Shown here: one piece after another, positions 7,966 to 17,588 of the stretch
Numbering within the stretch: the first letter of the stretch is position 1
Layout of the letters: each line of letters begins with the position of its first letter
Source: a virus
Direction: 5' to 3' (one strand)
IMG/VR virus record: IMGVR_UViG_3300027963_000039
DNA: 64,000 bases
Position numbers and translations under genes: made by a program
Notes under the pieces: generated by a model
What the model was told of the DNA's origin: nothing
Database searches by the model: none
What the model saw: the letters and a program-made list of their open reading frames with translations, nothing else

Positions 7966-8568
7966 ATGACACAGTTTGAAAAATATGGATATGAACTTGT
8001 CCATGATGTTGTTAATGAACAGACATCAAAATTATTATCAGAAACAATGAGGCAAGAAAAAAAAATCTATTTCTATGAAAAAAAACTTAGAAAAGATTCA
8101 TATAAAGGAGACCCTTTAGTTGAGAAATCATTTACCAAGTATTCATTAAATTGCCTAGAAGTTTTGTGTCAAATGTTACTTCCGAAAATGGAAGAAATTA
8201 CAGGCAAGAGCTTGTTTCCAACCTATACATATAGTAGAATATATTATGAGGGAGCAGAAATGTCTGCACATTTGGATAGGCCTAGTTGTGAATATTCCGC
8301 AACATTAACCCTATCGATATCAGAAGAACCTTGGGAAATTTGGATAAAAGATTTATTGAAGAATGATATATGTTTAAAAATTCCTGTAGGATCCATGTGT
8401 GTATATAAAGGACAGGAAATGTTGCATTGGCGCAACAAATATGAAGGCAAAGAACAAATACAAGTTTTTCTTCATTACGTTGATGTTAATGGTCCATGTG
8501 CTAAATTTAAGTATGATGGTAGACCAATGATGGGTCTAAGGACTAACTACGAAGTAAGTGAAAAATAA
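7966..8568 (+). CDS. 2OG-Fe(II) oxygenase
   Basis: HLDRPSCEYSAT (HxD), distal HWR, QVFLHY. Confidence 0.8.
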   Translation: MTQFEKYGYELVHDVVNEQTSKLLSETMRQEKKIYFYEKKLRKDSYKGDPLVEKSFTKYSLNCLEVLCQMLLPKMEEITGKSLFPTYTYSRIYYEGAEMSAHLDRPSCEYSATLTLSISEEPWEIWIKDLLKNDICLKIPVGSMCVYKGQEMLHWRNKYEGKEQIQVFLHYVDVNGPCAKFKYDGRPMMGLRTNYEVSEK

Positions 8569-8587
8569 ATCTGATTAAGGTGAATAT

Positions 8588-9661
8588 ATGAGTATTTTAG
8601 ACAAAATTAAAAAGAATAGCAGTATCAAAGAATCTGCAATTTTATCCAAGTCGAAGTTCTTCACGGACAAAGACATGATTCCTACAGCGATTCCAATTAT
8701 CAATGTGGCACTTTCTGGTAAGTTAGATGGTGGCTTAACTCCTGGTCTTACAATGTGGGCAGGTCCATCAAAACATTTTAAAACCGCATTTAGTCTGTTG
8801 ATGGCTAAATCTTATTTGGAGAAATATCCCGATGCTGCTCTTTTATTCTACGATTCTGAGTTTGGCACTCCTCAATCTTACTTTGATTCATTCGGTATTG
8901 ATACCAATAGGGTGTTCCATACTCCTCTTACTGATATCGAGCAATTAAAACACGATGTTATGCAACAATTAACTCAAATTGAACGTAGTGATAAATTAAT
9001 TATTATTATTGATTCAATTGGAAATTTAGCATCCAAGAAAGAAGTTGATGATGCTGTTGAGGGAAAAACTGTTGCAGATATGAGTCGTGCAAAACAAATC
9101 AAATCATTGTTCAGAATGGTCACACCACATCTAACGATGAAAGATATTCCTATGATTGTTGTGAATCACACGTATAAAGAAATTGGTATGTTCCCGAAAG
9201 ATATTGTTGGTGGTGGCACAGGAAGTTATTATTCGGCAGATAATATCTTTATTCTTGGTCGTCAACAAGAAAAAGAAGGAACAGAAGTCGTTGGTTACAA
9301 TTTCATAATTAATGTTGAGAAGTCTAGATATGTTAAAGAAAAATCTAAAATCCCTGTTACTGTATCTTTTGATGGTGGTATCAGCAAGTGGTCTGGTCTA
9401 CTTGATATCGCACTCGAATCAGGACACGTTGTTAAACCCAGCAATGGTTGGTATTCCAAAGTAAACAAAGATACTGGTGAAATAGAAGATAAAAAATACC
9501 GCATCAAAGAAACAGATACAAAAGATTTTTGGTTGCCTATCATAAAACAAAAAACTTTCCGAGAATTTGTTGAAGGAAAATATAGAATCGCTACAGGTAA
9601 CATTATGAAATCGGAAGATGTAGAAGAAGCATTTAATGTAGAAACGATTAACGGTGCCTAA
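8588..9661 (+). CDS. uvsX: RecA-like recombinase UvsX
   Basis: AGPSKHFKT Walker A, FYDSEFG, IIDSIGNLASKKE, GGGTG. Confidence 0.97.
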   Translation: MSILDKIKKNSSIKESAILSKSKFFTDKDMIPTAIPIINVALSGKLDGGLTPGLTMWAGPSKHFKTAFSLLMAKSYLEKYPDAALLFYDSEFGTPQSYFDSFGIDTNRVFHTPLTDIEQLKHDVMQQLTQIERSDKLIIIIDSIGNLASKKEVDDAVEGKTVADMSRAKQIKSLFRMVTPHLTMKDIPMIVVNHTYKEIGMFPKDIVGGGTGSYYSADNIFILGRQQEKEGTEVVGYNFIINVEKSRYVKEKSKIPVTVSFDGGISKWSGLLDIALESGHVVKPSNGWYSKVNKDTGEIEDKKYRIKETDTKDFWLPIIKQKTFREFVEGKYRIATGNIMKSEDVEEAFNVETINGA

Positions 9662-10277
9662 AATGGATGTTCAATATCTGAAAAATCCTCCTCATGTTTT
9701 TGTTATTGAAAATTTTTATACAGAAGATGAATTGAATTTGATGTGGAATGAATTTGACTCTTTTCATAATAAAGAGTTTTTGACCTCATCAACAGGATCT
9801 GCCAGAACAATTGATTATATACCCCTAAAAAAATCCAAAGGCACTTGGTTAGATGAAAAAACAAATTCAAATTCACAAATATTAAAATTTAGTAAAAAAG
9901 TAAAAGAGAATCATCACCTGTATTCGGAATATGATAGAGAATATAGTGTGTTGAGTGACTGTGTATGCAGTACGTTAATTTCTTATTATGGTGATGGTGA
10001 CTATTATAAACCCCATGAAGATACCACACTATTTACTGCTTGTACATACTTCTTTAAAGAGCCAAAAAAGTTTTCTGGTGGAAATTTTTTATTAAATAAT
10101 TACAATATTGAAATTGAAATAAAAAACAATATGTTAATTATTTTTCCTGGAAAATACACACATCAAGCTAGAAAAGTTGAATTAAAGAAAGAATTTAAGG
10201 GTTACGGAAGATATTGTATATCACAATTTTTTAATATTCCTGTACCAGAAGAATCCGAGGAGAAAAAAAATGATTGA
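9654..10277 (+). CDS. 2OG-Fe(II) prolyl-hydroxylase-like oxygenase
   Basis: YYKPHED, FSGGNF, IIFPG..H, RYCISQF. Confidence 0.82.
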   Translation: MPKMDVQYLKNPPHVFVIENFYTEDELNLMWNEFDSFHNKEFLTSSTGSARTIDYIPLKKSKGTWLDEKTNSNSQILKFSKKVKENHHLYSEYDREYSVLSDCVCSTLISYYGDGDYYKPHEDTTLFTACTYFFKEPKKFSGGNFLLNNYNIEIEIKNNMLIIFPGKYTHQARKVELKKEFKGYGRYCISQFFNIPVPEESEEKKND

Positions 10278-10593
10278 AGGAATAGACTATTGTTTCATCT
10301 ATCCAAAAGATGATGCGGCCTCAGTACACGTTAGATTACTTGACGGACCTTACAAAAATACCATCTTCAAATATGGCAAAGTAAAGTTTGAGGAAAAGAA
10401 TGATCAAATGTATTTACTTTTTGGTTACGATGTGTTAGAATCTGATGTGAGTACGCCGAAAAAGTTAGAAAAGAGTGGTGATTTTAAGAACCATATTGGT
10501 GACCTTTTGGTACAAATAATGTCATCTAACATTGAACAGGAAATTATTGATGAAGTTGGAACAAACGATTCTCAAGAATCTATTTTACAATGA
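10270..10593 (+). CDS. gp40-like head vertex assembly chaperone
   Basis: Synteny between uvsX and gp41; FKYGKVKF motif. Confidence 0.55.
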   Translation: MIEGIDYCFIYPKDDAASVHVRLLDGPYKNTIFKYGKVKFEEKNDQMYLLFGYDVLESDVSTPKKLEKSGDFKNHIGDLLVQIMSSNIEQEIIDEVGTNDSQESILQ

Positions 10594-11938
10594 AGATTAT
10601 CTCAGAAAAGTATTACCATTTTTAAAACCGGAATATTTTACCTCGAATACTGAAAAAGTTTTATTCGATGAAATTACATCATTCACACAGACTTACAATA
10701 ACACACCAACGATTGAAGCAGTTGCATTGGCCGTCAAAGAAAGGCGCAATCTCACAGATGACGAAGTGGAAAAGTGTTCGTCTTATCTTAAAGAAATTGA
10801 ATCTACTAAAAGCGAAGAATCCAAAATTCAATGGCTTGTTGATAAAACCGAACAATTTTGCCAAGAAAAAGCCATATACAATGCAGTATTGGGGTCTATT
10901 TCTATTCTCGATGGAAAAGACAAAACACATGAAAAAGGTCAGATTCCCAAGATATTATCGGACGCCTTGGCGGTAAGTTTCGATAACTCGGTTGGTCATG
11001 ATTATTTGGAGAATTCAGATGAGCGTTACGAATTCTACCACCGAAAAGAAGAACGTATTCCTTTTGATCTGGAATACTTCAACAAAATCACAAAAGGCGG
11101 CCTGCCTGCCAAGACACTCAATATCGCTCTAGCGGGTACTGGTGTCGGTAAATCATTGTTTATGTGTCACGTTGCTTCGTCTTGCATGGTACAAGGTAAA
11201 AACGTATTGTACATCACACTTGAAATGGCAGAAGAAAAAATTGCTGAACGTATTGATGCAAATTTATTAAACGTGACGATTGATGATTTGATGCAACTAC
11301 CTAAAGACATGTATGACAAGAAAGTTGCTCGGGTCCGTGAAAAGACTACAGGTAAACTTATCATCAAAGAATATCCAACCGCATCAGCTTCAACAATTCA
11401 TTTTAGGACATTATTAAATGAACTTAATCTTAAGCGCTCTTTCGTTCCTGATATTATCTTTGTGGATTATCTTAATATATGTTGTAGTTCTCGGATTAAG
11501 GCTGGTGCGAATATTAACTCATACACATACGTTAAGTCCATCGCAGAAGAGCTTCGAGGCCTTGCCGTTGAACATAATGTTCCTATTGTATCTGCGACTC
11601 AAACTACCAGAAGCGGATTTACATCGTCTGATCCGGGCTTGGAAGATACGAGTGAATCGTTCGGGTTACCTGCTACCGCCGACCTGATGTTTGCTTTGAT
11701 TTCTTCCGAAGAATTGGAAGAACTTGGCCAACTTATGGTCAAACAATTAAAAAATCGTTACAATGATCCAACATATTACAAAAGATTCACGGTTGGTATT
11801 GACAGGTCTAAAATGAAGCTGTACGATATCGAACAGGCTGCTCAAATTGGAATTGCAGATGCTGGCCACGATAAGCCAATAAACACATTTGGTGATCGTG
11901 AAAGACAACCTAAAAAGTTTAGTGGATTTAAAGTATGA
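10550..11938 (+). CDS. gp41: Replicative DnaB-like helicase (T4 gp41)
   Basis: AGTGVGKS, ITLEMAEE, IFVDYLNI, SATQTTR, QLKNRY. Confidence 0.97.
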   Translation: MKLEQTILKNLFYNEDYLRKVLPFLKPEYFTSNTEKVLFDEITSFTQTYNNTPTIEAVALAVKERRNLTDDEVEKCSSYLKEIESTKSEESKIQWLVDKTEQFCQEKAIYNAVLGSISILDGKDKTHEKGQIPKILSDALAVSFDNSVGHDYLENSDERYEFYHRKEERIPFDLEYFNKITKGGLPAKTLNIALAGTGVGKSLFMCHVASSCMVQGKNVLYITLEMAEEKIAERIDANLLNVTIDDLMQLPKDMYDKKVARVREKTTGKLIIKEYPTASASTIHFRTLLNELNLKRSFVPDIIFVDYLNICCSSRIKAGANINSYTYVKSIAEELRGLAVEHNVPIVSATQTTRSGFTSSDPGLEDTSESFGLPATADLMFALISSEELEELGQLMVKQLKNRYNDPTYYKRFTVGIDRSKMKLYDIEQAAQIGIADAGHDKPINTFGDRERQPKKFSGFKV

Positions 11939-13041
11939 CGTTGACCTTTGAAGATGCAGTACATTGCGCCAAAGTATTCGAAGATTATTTTGGGAATTTT
12001 GATCGCATCGATGAGTACATGAGAGATCAGAAATTAAATTCTCTGGCCGAACTTCCATCCAATCCTTTATTTCCAATTGAAGATGAATTATTTCAAAACT
12101 TTACAATGCATCCAAAAGATATGGATTTTGAAGTACTTGAAATAGATAACGAAACATGGACTAATCTACTGAACATTACCTCATCACACGTAAACATTCC
12201 CCCAGTTGGTCGTAATGTCAAGTTGGCCGTGCGTGAGAAGAATACAGGAAAGTACGTAGGATTCATCCGACTTGGTTCACCAGTCATCAACTGTAAACCC
12301 CGTAATGACATGCTTGGCCAAGTGTTTACACAAAATCCTGACTGGGGTAAACGATTCAACGACTCTGCAATGATGGGTTTTGTTATTGTACCGGCACAAC
12401 CATTTGGTTATAATTATCTTGGTGGTAAACTTCTAGCTGCAATCTGTACATCACATGAAGTACGTCAAATTGTCAATAAGAAATACGGAATGAATTTGTG
12501 TCTCTTTGAGACTACTAGTTTATACGGTAGTTCAAAAACAGTATCACAATATGATGGTATGAAACCCTATATCAGATATAAAGGTCTTACTGATTCTGAT
12601 TTTTTACCCATGATGCACGGCAAACCATATTCTGATTTACGTGACTTTGTGGAAAGTAAACTTGGTAAACTTGTCGATGAAGATGCGTCTAGTAAGAAAC
12701 TAAAAATCTCTATGAAGATTATATCACTCACTAAAGCAGCACTTAAAGGTACATCTGAGGGCGGCACATTCCAAGCAACGATTGAGAAGGCTAAGGGGTT
12801 GACAGAACAGAAAAGATATTATATAAGCGACTATGGTTTTAAGAACATGGTTGATTATGTAAACTGTAAGACGGACGTACTTGTTCCTGGTGAAAACTAT
12901 GAAAAACATAAAATGGTAAACTTGATTGAATGGTGGCGAAATAAAGCTTGCAATCGGTATGAAACACTATACAATGAAAACAGGTTAAGAAACGAACTTG
13001 AAATCTGGACATCAGGAAAAGATATTCAGATTATCAGATAA
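11935..13041 (+). CDS. Conserved phage protein, DUF4338-like (GNAT/Mom-related fold suspected)
   Basis: PVGRN...VGFIRLGSP, VPAQPFGYNYLGGKLLA, ETTSLYG, QYDG. Confidence 0.55.
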   Translation: MTLTFEDAVHCAKVFEDYFGNFDRIDEYMRDQKLNSLAELPSNPLFPIEDELFQNFTMHPKDMDFEVLEIDNETWTNLLNITSSHVNIPPVGRNVKLAVREKNTGKYVGFIRLGSPVINCKPRNDMLGQVFTQNPDWGKRFNDSAMMGFVIVPAQPFGYNYLGGKLLAAICTSHEVRQIVNKKYGMNLCLFETTSLYGSSKTVSQYDGMKPYIRYKGLTDSDFLPMMHGKPYSDLRDFVESKLGKLVDEDASSKKLKISMKIISLTKAALKGTSEGGTFQATIEKAKGLTEQKRYYISDYGFKNMVDYVNCKTDVLVPGENYEKHKMVNLIEWWRNKACNRYETLYNENRLRNELEIWTSGKDIQIIR

Positions 13042-13062
13042 ATACTTTCATTTGAGATTAAT

Positions 13063-14319
13063 ATGGCCACCAAAATCCATCCTGTCATTAAGGTGTTGAA
13101 TAGTTTTCCTTCTGAGTTAAAGAAAAAGACTCGAAATAAGGAAGTTTATGTTGTTAAATCCAGCAACAGAGAACAAACACAAAAAGAAATTGAAGGCCTT
13201 TTAACTAAAATTAAAATCTACAATTATAGAAAAAAAGATCCTTCTTTATCAGGTAGCACAGAAGTTACAGTCATCGATGATCCTGTAGTAAAAAATAATC
13301 AGATCGTTTTAGTGTTTAAACCTGCTGCCGGCGGTATGCAAGAAACAACTTTGAATTCTACTATAACTGAACTTGCACCTGCGGTTGGATTCACACAAAA
13401 AATAACACCAAAAGATTTCAAAGATTTTTATGATAAGGTCAAGGCAACCGATCCAAAGAAATTAACAGTATATGTTAATGACAAAGATAGAAAATCAGGA
13501 ACAGATTTCATCAATAATTTTCCAAAGTCATCCAAATTCGAAATTAAAATGAAAAATGCAATTGGTGTTTTGAATTGGTTAAAAGATGAAAATAAAAAAA
13601 ATCCCATAGCAAATGTTATTTGGGGTTATCGTGCCAAACCTGAAGGTGTAGATTCAAAACATAAAGGTGATTTGTTTGTAGAATATAAAACTGGAAAAAT
13701 GTTAGGTGTGTCACTTAAAGCGGGTGATGAAAATACTAGTGAACCAAAATTAAATACTTACGTGAAACCTATTTTAGAAAAACTGAATGAATCAGAAATA
13801 CAAAAATTAAGAAATAAATTGTATGATGAAATTTATTTCAAATTCAGTACATCAAAAGATGGTTACGATAAGATTGCCAAAAGGCAAACTATTTCTAAAT
13901 TGGCTGAGCTTGAAAAAGTTGACGTTAACGGATACAATGAACTTTACGATAAAAGTCTTGATATTATACGCAACGCCTTAGTTAAAATTTTTCCTAAAAA
14001 TACTACCAAGACAGTTAATTATCTAAGAGAAGCTATTACAGGACAAGTTGGAGATGTTCCTCTAATAGTTTTAAAAGCTTTCAACAGCTCAGTTAAAGTG
14101 TTGACTGATGAAGATGATGTTGAAGTATTTTTGAACAAAACCAAATCAATTAATTCTTATGCATCAACAACATCGAAACAAGATTTTTTTATTGAATTGG
14201 TTGCTAGTTCTTCAGATAAATTACTAATGAAATTTTCAGTACGTACAAACAAAACTGGAGATGAACATAAATTAGGACAATTTTTTAACTTGTCTGTAAA
14301 ATTTAATGGAGTTAAATGA
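13063..14319 (+). CDS. Putative PD-(D/E)XK-fold nuclease
   Basis: HKGDLFV...GVSLKAG motif; basic composition; GATAAATA late-like promoter just upstream. Confidence 0.5.
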   Translation: MATKIHPVIKVLNSFPSELKKKTRNKEVYVVKSSNREQTQKEIEGLLTKIKIYNYRKKDPSLSGSTEVTVIDDPVVKNNQIVLVFKPAAGGMQETTLNSTITELAPAVGFTQKITPKDFKDFYDKVKATDPKKLTVYVNDKDRKSGTDFINNFPKSSKFEIKMKNAIGVLNWLKDENKKNPIANVIWGYRAKPEGVDSKHKGDLFVEYKTGKMLGVSLKAGDENTSEPKLNTYVKPILEKLNESEIQKLRNKLYDEIYFKFSTSKDGYDKIAKRQTISKLAELEKVDVNGYNELYDKSLDIIRNALVKIFPKNTTKTVNYLREAITGQVGDVPLIVLKAFNSSVKVLTDEDDVEVFLNKTKSINSYASTTSKQDFFIELVASSSDKLLMKFSVRTNKTGDEHKLGQFFNLSVKFNGVK

Positions 14320-14452
14320 TGGCGTTGGAACAGGTAAACGCATTGACATGGAAATAGAAACGGGCCATTACATTCTTAAACTCAACATACGTGATACGCA
14401 AGGTGGTGATGGATATCCCAATCGTATGATGTGTGACTATTCTTATAAATAA
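14318..14452 (+). pseudogene. Orphan C-terminal gene fragment (no start; 44 codons)
   Basis: Open frame DGVGTGKRIDMEIETGHYILKLNIRDTQGGDGYPNRMMCDYSYK* with protein-like composition directly after the nuclease stop. Confidence 0.5.
14444..14451 (+). promoter_or_regulatory. T4-type late promoter
   Basis: TATAAATA 27 nt before the ART start. Confidence 0.75.
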
Positions 14453-14478
14453 TGGTACTTTCTTAAAGATATATTAAA

Positions 14479-15183
14479 ATGAAAACATTTAAAACATTTA
14501 TTGTGGAATCAGACACAGAAGAAGATGACTCCAAAAAATTTCATTCATCCAATAAAATGAAAGATGAAATTGAATCTCATGCTAAAGGTCACACAGGTTG
14601 GTTGCGTAATTATAGTGATAAATCTAAACAAATGAATGATGCATTACATGACCATGCCGCTGGTAAAAAAATTGAAGATACTCAATTCAATGATCCTGAA
14701 AGGCATGAAAGAAATTTATCTTTTGCTCACGAAACTTCAAAAGTTTTAGCTAAACACCATACAAAATCCGACCATACTGTGTATTCTGGAATTCAACAGA
14801 AACACACTGAGATTTTTAAAAATAAAAATAAACCAACTAAACTACACCATCCTGGATTTATATCAACTTCTACGGATTTTAATCAAGCCACAAGGTTTAC
14901 AGGTGGTGGAAAAAATTCTAAAGAAGAACATCATGTGTTGAAAATTCATGTTCCAAAAGGAACACAAGGTGGTTCTATGAGTGGCAATACACACAGTCCT
15001 AAAGAAAAAGAAGTTCTTTTACAAAGGGGACATGATATTGAGGTACACCACAAACCAACAATCATAGACCATCCAAAGCATGGAAAAATTCATGTATGGA
15101 ATGCAAAAATTGTTGGACATAATCCAAAACCATTAAATGTTAAACCTGTAAAGGATGTTTTATATAAACATGAAATGAACTGA
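14479..15183 (+). CDS. ADP-ribosyltransferase (VIP2/C3/Alt-like), capsid-targeted
   Basis: VYSG, GFISTS, VLKIHVPKGT, EKEVLL motifs; N-terminus MKTFKTFIVE. Confidence 0.8.
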   Translation: MKTFKTFIVESDTEEDDSKKFHSSNKMKDEIESHAKGHTGWLRNYSDKSKQMNDALHDHAAGKKIEDTQFNDPERHERNLSFAHETSKVLAKHHTKSDHTVYSGIQQKHTEIFKNKNKPTKLHHPGFISTSTDFNQATRFTGGGKNSKEEHHVLKIHVPKGTQGGSMSGNTHSPKEKEVLLQRGHDIEVHHKPTIIDHPKHGKIHVWNAKIVGHNPKPLNVKPVKDVLYKHEMN

Positions 15184-15184
15184 T

Positions 15185-15466
15185 ATGCCACTAACAGAAT
15201 TTGATAAAGTTATGAAAGAATACCAGGATCTGGAAGATGATTTTGGTTTTTCTGCTGTGTCTGAAGAAGAATATAATTCAATTATCAATAAGACAGCACA
15301 AACTGCCGATGATTATAAAGAAAGATTAACGGAATTAGAAAAAATTATTGTTCCGTTTCTCACCAAGTTACATTCGACCGGAGATAAAGAATACATATAC
15401 TGGCCGAATAGAAAACCCCTAATCGAAAAACAGATAGAAAAAATACTTAAATTGACAAGGAATTAA
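15185..15466 (+). CDS. Conserved hypothetical phage protein
   Basis: DDFGFSAVSE...KEYIYWPNR; tightly packed. Confidence 0.7.
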   Translation: MPLTEFDKVMKEYQDLEDDFGFSAVSEEEYNSIINKTAQTADDYKERLTELEKIIVPFLTKLHSTGDKEYIYWPNRKPLIEKQIEKILKLTRN

Positions 15467-15468
15467 TT

Positions 15469-16182
15469 ATGAAAGCAACAGTGATTATACCCACCACGGG
15501 TGCATTTGAAGTACGTGATGCAATCGATTCTGTACTTGACCAAACAATAGAGACACAAGTTTATCTTGTTTGTGACGGTGATAGCTTTAAAGGTAAAGTT
15601 AAAGTTATTTCTGATGACTACGCAGGAAATCCATTCGTAAAAGTTTGTTATCTGCCTATCAACGTTGGTGGTAATGGTTTTTACGGACACCGTATATATG
15701 CTTCCTTCACACATTTGATTAACACCGATTATGTTTTTTATTTGGACCAAGATTGTTGGTTTGAAACTAATCACGTAGAAGAATGTATCAAAACAATAGA
15801 AGAAAATGATCTGAGTTGGTCTTATTCTTTGCGTAAAGTTACAAATAAAGAAGGCGAATACATTTGTAATGATGATTGTGAATCTTTAGGCAAATGGAAA
15901 ACATATCACGGCATCAATCATATAGATACAAATTCGTATTGCCTTAAAACTGATGTTGCGATAAAATTGGCTAGTGTATGGCATGGTGGTTGGGGTCAAG
16001 ACCGTGTTTTCTTTGGCACCCTTGCCCAACACTTTGCAAGATTTCATTGCACAGGACAATATACAGTAAATTATCGTGTAGACGGGAATCCAGGTTCAGT
16101 TAACGCCGAATTCTTTTTGAATGGTAATAAAGTAATGAATGAAAAATATAATGGAGAATTCCCATGGCGCAAAAAAATCTAA
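15469..16182 (+). CDS. Glycosyltransferase family 2
   Basis: ATVIIPT, SVLDQT, VFYLDQD (DxD), GQD. Confidence 0.85.
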   Translation: MKATVIIPTTGAFEVRDAIDSVLDQTIETQVYLVCDGDSFKGKVKVISDDYAGNPFVKVCYLPINVGGNGFYGHRIYASFTHLINTDYVFYLDQDCWFETNHVEECIKTIEENDLSWSYSLRKVTNKEGEYICNDDCESLGKWKTYHGINHIDTNSYCLKTDVAIKLASVWHGGWGQDRVFFGTLAQHFARFHCTGQYTVNYRVDGNPGSVNAEFFLNGNKVMNEKYNGEFPWRKKI

Positions 16183-17021
16183 TTATTGGTGGTTACACAA
16201 ACTACGGCATCAACCAACTTAAACCTTGGGTATTATCTGCAAAAGAAGTTTCGGGTGAAAACGATGTTGTTTTAGTTGCTGGTAAAACATCAAAAGAAAC
16301 GGTGGAGTGGTTACAGGAACAAGGTGTGGTTGTTGTTCCTATGATATCGGTCAACAATGTTCCTATCCACGTATTGCGTTTTCTTTCCATTTATGATTAC
16401 TTAAACAATCATTGGAAAGATTATGAATATGTTGTCACAACAGATGTGAAAGATGTTTACTTTCAAACAGACCCGTTTTATCCAATGACACGTTATCTTA
16501 AAGATGAATATAAACTTATTGTTGCTTCTGAAGGATTGAAATACAAAGATGAATCTTGGGGTAATGAGAATTTAATGCAGTCTTACGGACCATATGTCTA
16601 TGAGAGATTCAAAGATAACGAAATCTTTAATGTTGGAACGTTCGGTGGTGTCTCTGAGTATGTGAAAGATATGGTGTTCAACATCTTCACTAATGCAATC
16701 AACAGGCCAATTCCTATCTGCGACCAAGCGGTCTTTAACGTACTAATAAATACACAACCATTTAAGAATATCGTTTTCAAGACATCAACTTGGGCCTGTG
16801 AAGCGGGTACGGTTGCTGATCCATCAAAGATCGATAACTTTAGACCAAATCTATTGTTTAAAGAACCTATTGTAAAAAATGGTATTGTTTTGAGTGATGA
16901 TGACTGCGAAATACCTTTTCCAATTGTTCACCAATATGATCGTGTACCTGATTGGAAAAAATTTGTCCAAGAAAAATATGGACAAGAAGATGAATCGGAA
17001 TATTTTATTTACAGGGCTTAA
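16164..17021 (+). CDS. GT-A fold glycosyltransferase-like protein
   Basis: VTTDVKDVYFQTDPF, NVGTFGG, DQAVFN, IVHQYDR. Confidence 0.75.
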   Translation: MAQKNLIIGGYTNYGINQLKPWVLSAKEVSGENDVVLVAGKTSKETVEWLQEQGVVVVPMISVNNVPIHVLRFLSIYDYLNNHWKDYEYVVTTDVKDVYFQTDPFYPMTRYLKDEYKLIVASEGLKYKDESWGNENLMQSYGPYVYERFKDNEIFNVGTFGGVSEYVKDMVFNIFTNAINRPIPICDQAVFNVLINTQPFKNIVFKTSTWACEAGTVADPSKIDNFRPNLLFKEPIVKNGIVLSDDDCEIPFPIVHQYDRVPDWKKFVQEKYGQEDESEYFIYRA

Positions 17022-17023
17022 TT

Positions 17024-17587
17024 ATGAAAACTTTAGTTGATATCATGGTCGAAAAAAATTTAAGAAACGACACACACTATGAATTTGGAACGGACAAAGA
17101 ATTTAATCACAGATATTGCACCGCTTTTTACGATAAAGAGTTTCCGAAATATCGTGACAAGAGAATTCGTTTATTGGAGATTGGAGTACACCGTGGCGGT
17201 GGCCTCGCAGTATTCCACGAATATTTTTCCGATGCTGACATCTATGGTGTAGATCCTTTTGAGTTTGGTGCTGCAAAGAATTGTTTGCCTTATCCTAGAG
17301 TTAGAGTATTTACTGCTGACGGGTATAGTAAAGAATTTGCAGACACACTTCCAAAATTTGATATCATTATTGATGATGGTCCACATACAAAAGAGAGTCA
17401 TCTAAAGTCATTACAAATTTACCTCAACAAATTGAATGATGGTGGTGTTTTTATTATTGAAGATATTTCAGAAATGGAATGGACAGAAGAATATAAAGCT
17501 TTAGTTCCTCCTTGGATGACATATGAAATTATTGATGCTCGAGAAATCTCTGGCATGTCAGATTCTATTATGTTTGTAGTAAGATAA
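17024..17587 (+). CDS. Class I SAM-dependent methyltransferase (sugar O-MTase-like)
   Basis: LLEIGVHRGG, IYGVD, FDIIIDDGPH, GGVFIIED. Confidence 0.88.
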   Translation: MKTLVDIMVEKNLRNDTHYEFGTDKEFNHRYCTAFYDKEFPKYRDKRIRLLEIGVHRGGGLAVFHEYFSDADIYGVDPFEFGAAKNCLPYPRVRVFTADGYSKEFADTLPKFDIIIDDGPHTKESHLKSLQIYLNKLNDGGVFIIEDISEMEWTEEYKALVPPWMTYEIIDAREISGMSDSIMFVVR

Positions 17588-17588
17588 A

